Assembly (NCBI GenBank): GCA_963828665.1
Contig: CAWHFL010000011.1
Location: forward strand, 156,550 to 220,549
Length of the DNA stretch: 64,000 nucleotides
Direction: 5' to 3'
Source: an uncultured beta proteobacterium
Lineage (GTDB): Bacteria > Pseudomonadota > Gammaproteobacteria > Burkholderiales > Casimicrobiaceae
Shown here: positions 63,700 through 64,000 of the stretch, piece by piece
How positions within the stretch are numbered: position 1 is the first letter of the stretch
How the letters are laid out: each line of letters opens with the position of its first letter
Position numbers and translations under genes: made by a program
The notes under the pieces: generated by a model
Told to the model about the DNA's origin: nothing
Databases searched by the model: none
Seen by the model: only the letters and a program-made list of their open reading frames with translations

Positions 63700-64000
63700 A
63701 TGAAGTGCCGGGCATGCGATGGTGAGCTGCGACCGGGGCAACGCTTCTGCGAATCTTGCGGGACGCAGGTCGACAAGACGTGCCTTACCTGCAATGCGCC
63801 AGCGACGCCGGACGCCCGATTCTGCGGGACGTGCGGCGCTTCGTTTTCGGATGGCGCAGATGAGGTCCACGTCGCCAAGCCTGGAGGACGGGGCGGGCAC
63901 GCGGCGACTTCGTCGGATGGCAGCGTCGGCAGCCACCGACGGCCTGGATTCGCAGGAGCTCGTCGACGTAAAAAGCCTGCTGGCTACGCTGGGTTAACCG
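63700..64000 (+). CDS. Start of a double zinc-ribbon protein (runs off the window)
   Basis: GGGGAGG Shine-Dalgarno, then ATG 63700. MKCRACDGELRPGQRFCESCGTQVDKTCLTCNAPATPDARFCGTCGASF contains four CxxC pairs. The frame is open to 64000, and it is absent from the ORF track because it is partial. Confidence 0.5.
   Translation, partial: MKCRACDGELRPGQRFCESCGTQVDKTCLTCNAPATPDARFCGTCGASFSDGADEVHVAKPGGRGGHAATSSDGSVGSHRRPGFAGARRRKKPAGYAGLT

Overview
High-GC proteobacterial chromosome segment around the replication-origin neighbourhood. Gene order and protein sequences look betaproteobacterial or Burkholderiales-like, which is inference only. All coordinates were derived by hand from the printed sequence and the ORF track; no GC content, alignment or database search was computed.

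Layout:
- Minus strand, left end: gyrB-dnaN-dnaA.
- From about 5.5 kb, plus strand: rpmH-rnpA-yidD-yidC-mnmE, then an inserted pckG plus a LacI-type regulator.
- Two parS sites, then mnmG-rsmG-parA-parB.
- A peroxiredoxin, a BNR-propeller protein and a MoaD-like protein.
- The complete atpIBEFHAGDC operon, then a MaoC-PTA fusion plus ackA.
- An M20 amidohydrolase, glpD, an apparently frameshifted HAD hydrolase, a Zn-ribbon/Yip1 membrane protein, an orphan ParA-like ATPase, and glmU-glmS.

The only clearly non-housekeeping block lies directly downstream of glmS, at about 38.9-44.6 kb. It holds a 765-aa fusion of a papain-like C1 peptidase and an alpha/beta hydrolase. Diverging from it are a 2-TM protein, a translationally coupled exported CarboxypepD_reg-like protein, a thermolysin-like (HEMGH) protein with no signal peptide or propeptide, and a small basic protein. 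Three of these proteins share a similar Lys/Arg/Ala/Thr-rich N-terminal leader. This block is my best candidate for an undescribed system, but its function is unknown.

Right of the island:
- A Mop-less modE-like gene, then modCBA and tupACB in tandem, each behind a ModE-type operator.
- gshB, then a PTS phosphorelay with EIIA-Man, two tandem HPr paralogs and EI.
- metX-metW behind a structured leader and terminator.
- ampG, an ABC-F ATPase, xthA (with a degenerate duplicate of its own 3' end), pyrE, a DUF4124 protein, ettA, and the start of a double Zn-ribbon protein.

I recognised no rRNA, tRNA, CRISPR array, transposase or integrase. Many long ORFs in the track are antisense or out-of-frame shadow ORFs typical of high-GC DNA, and I rejected them.
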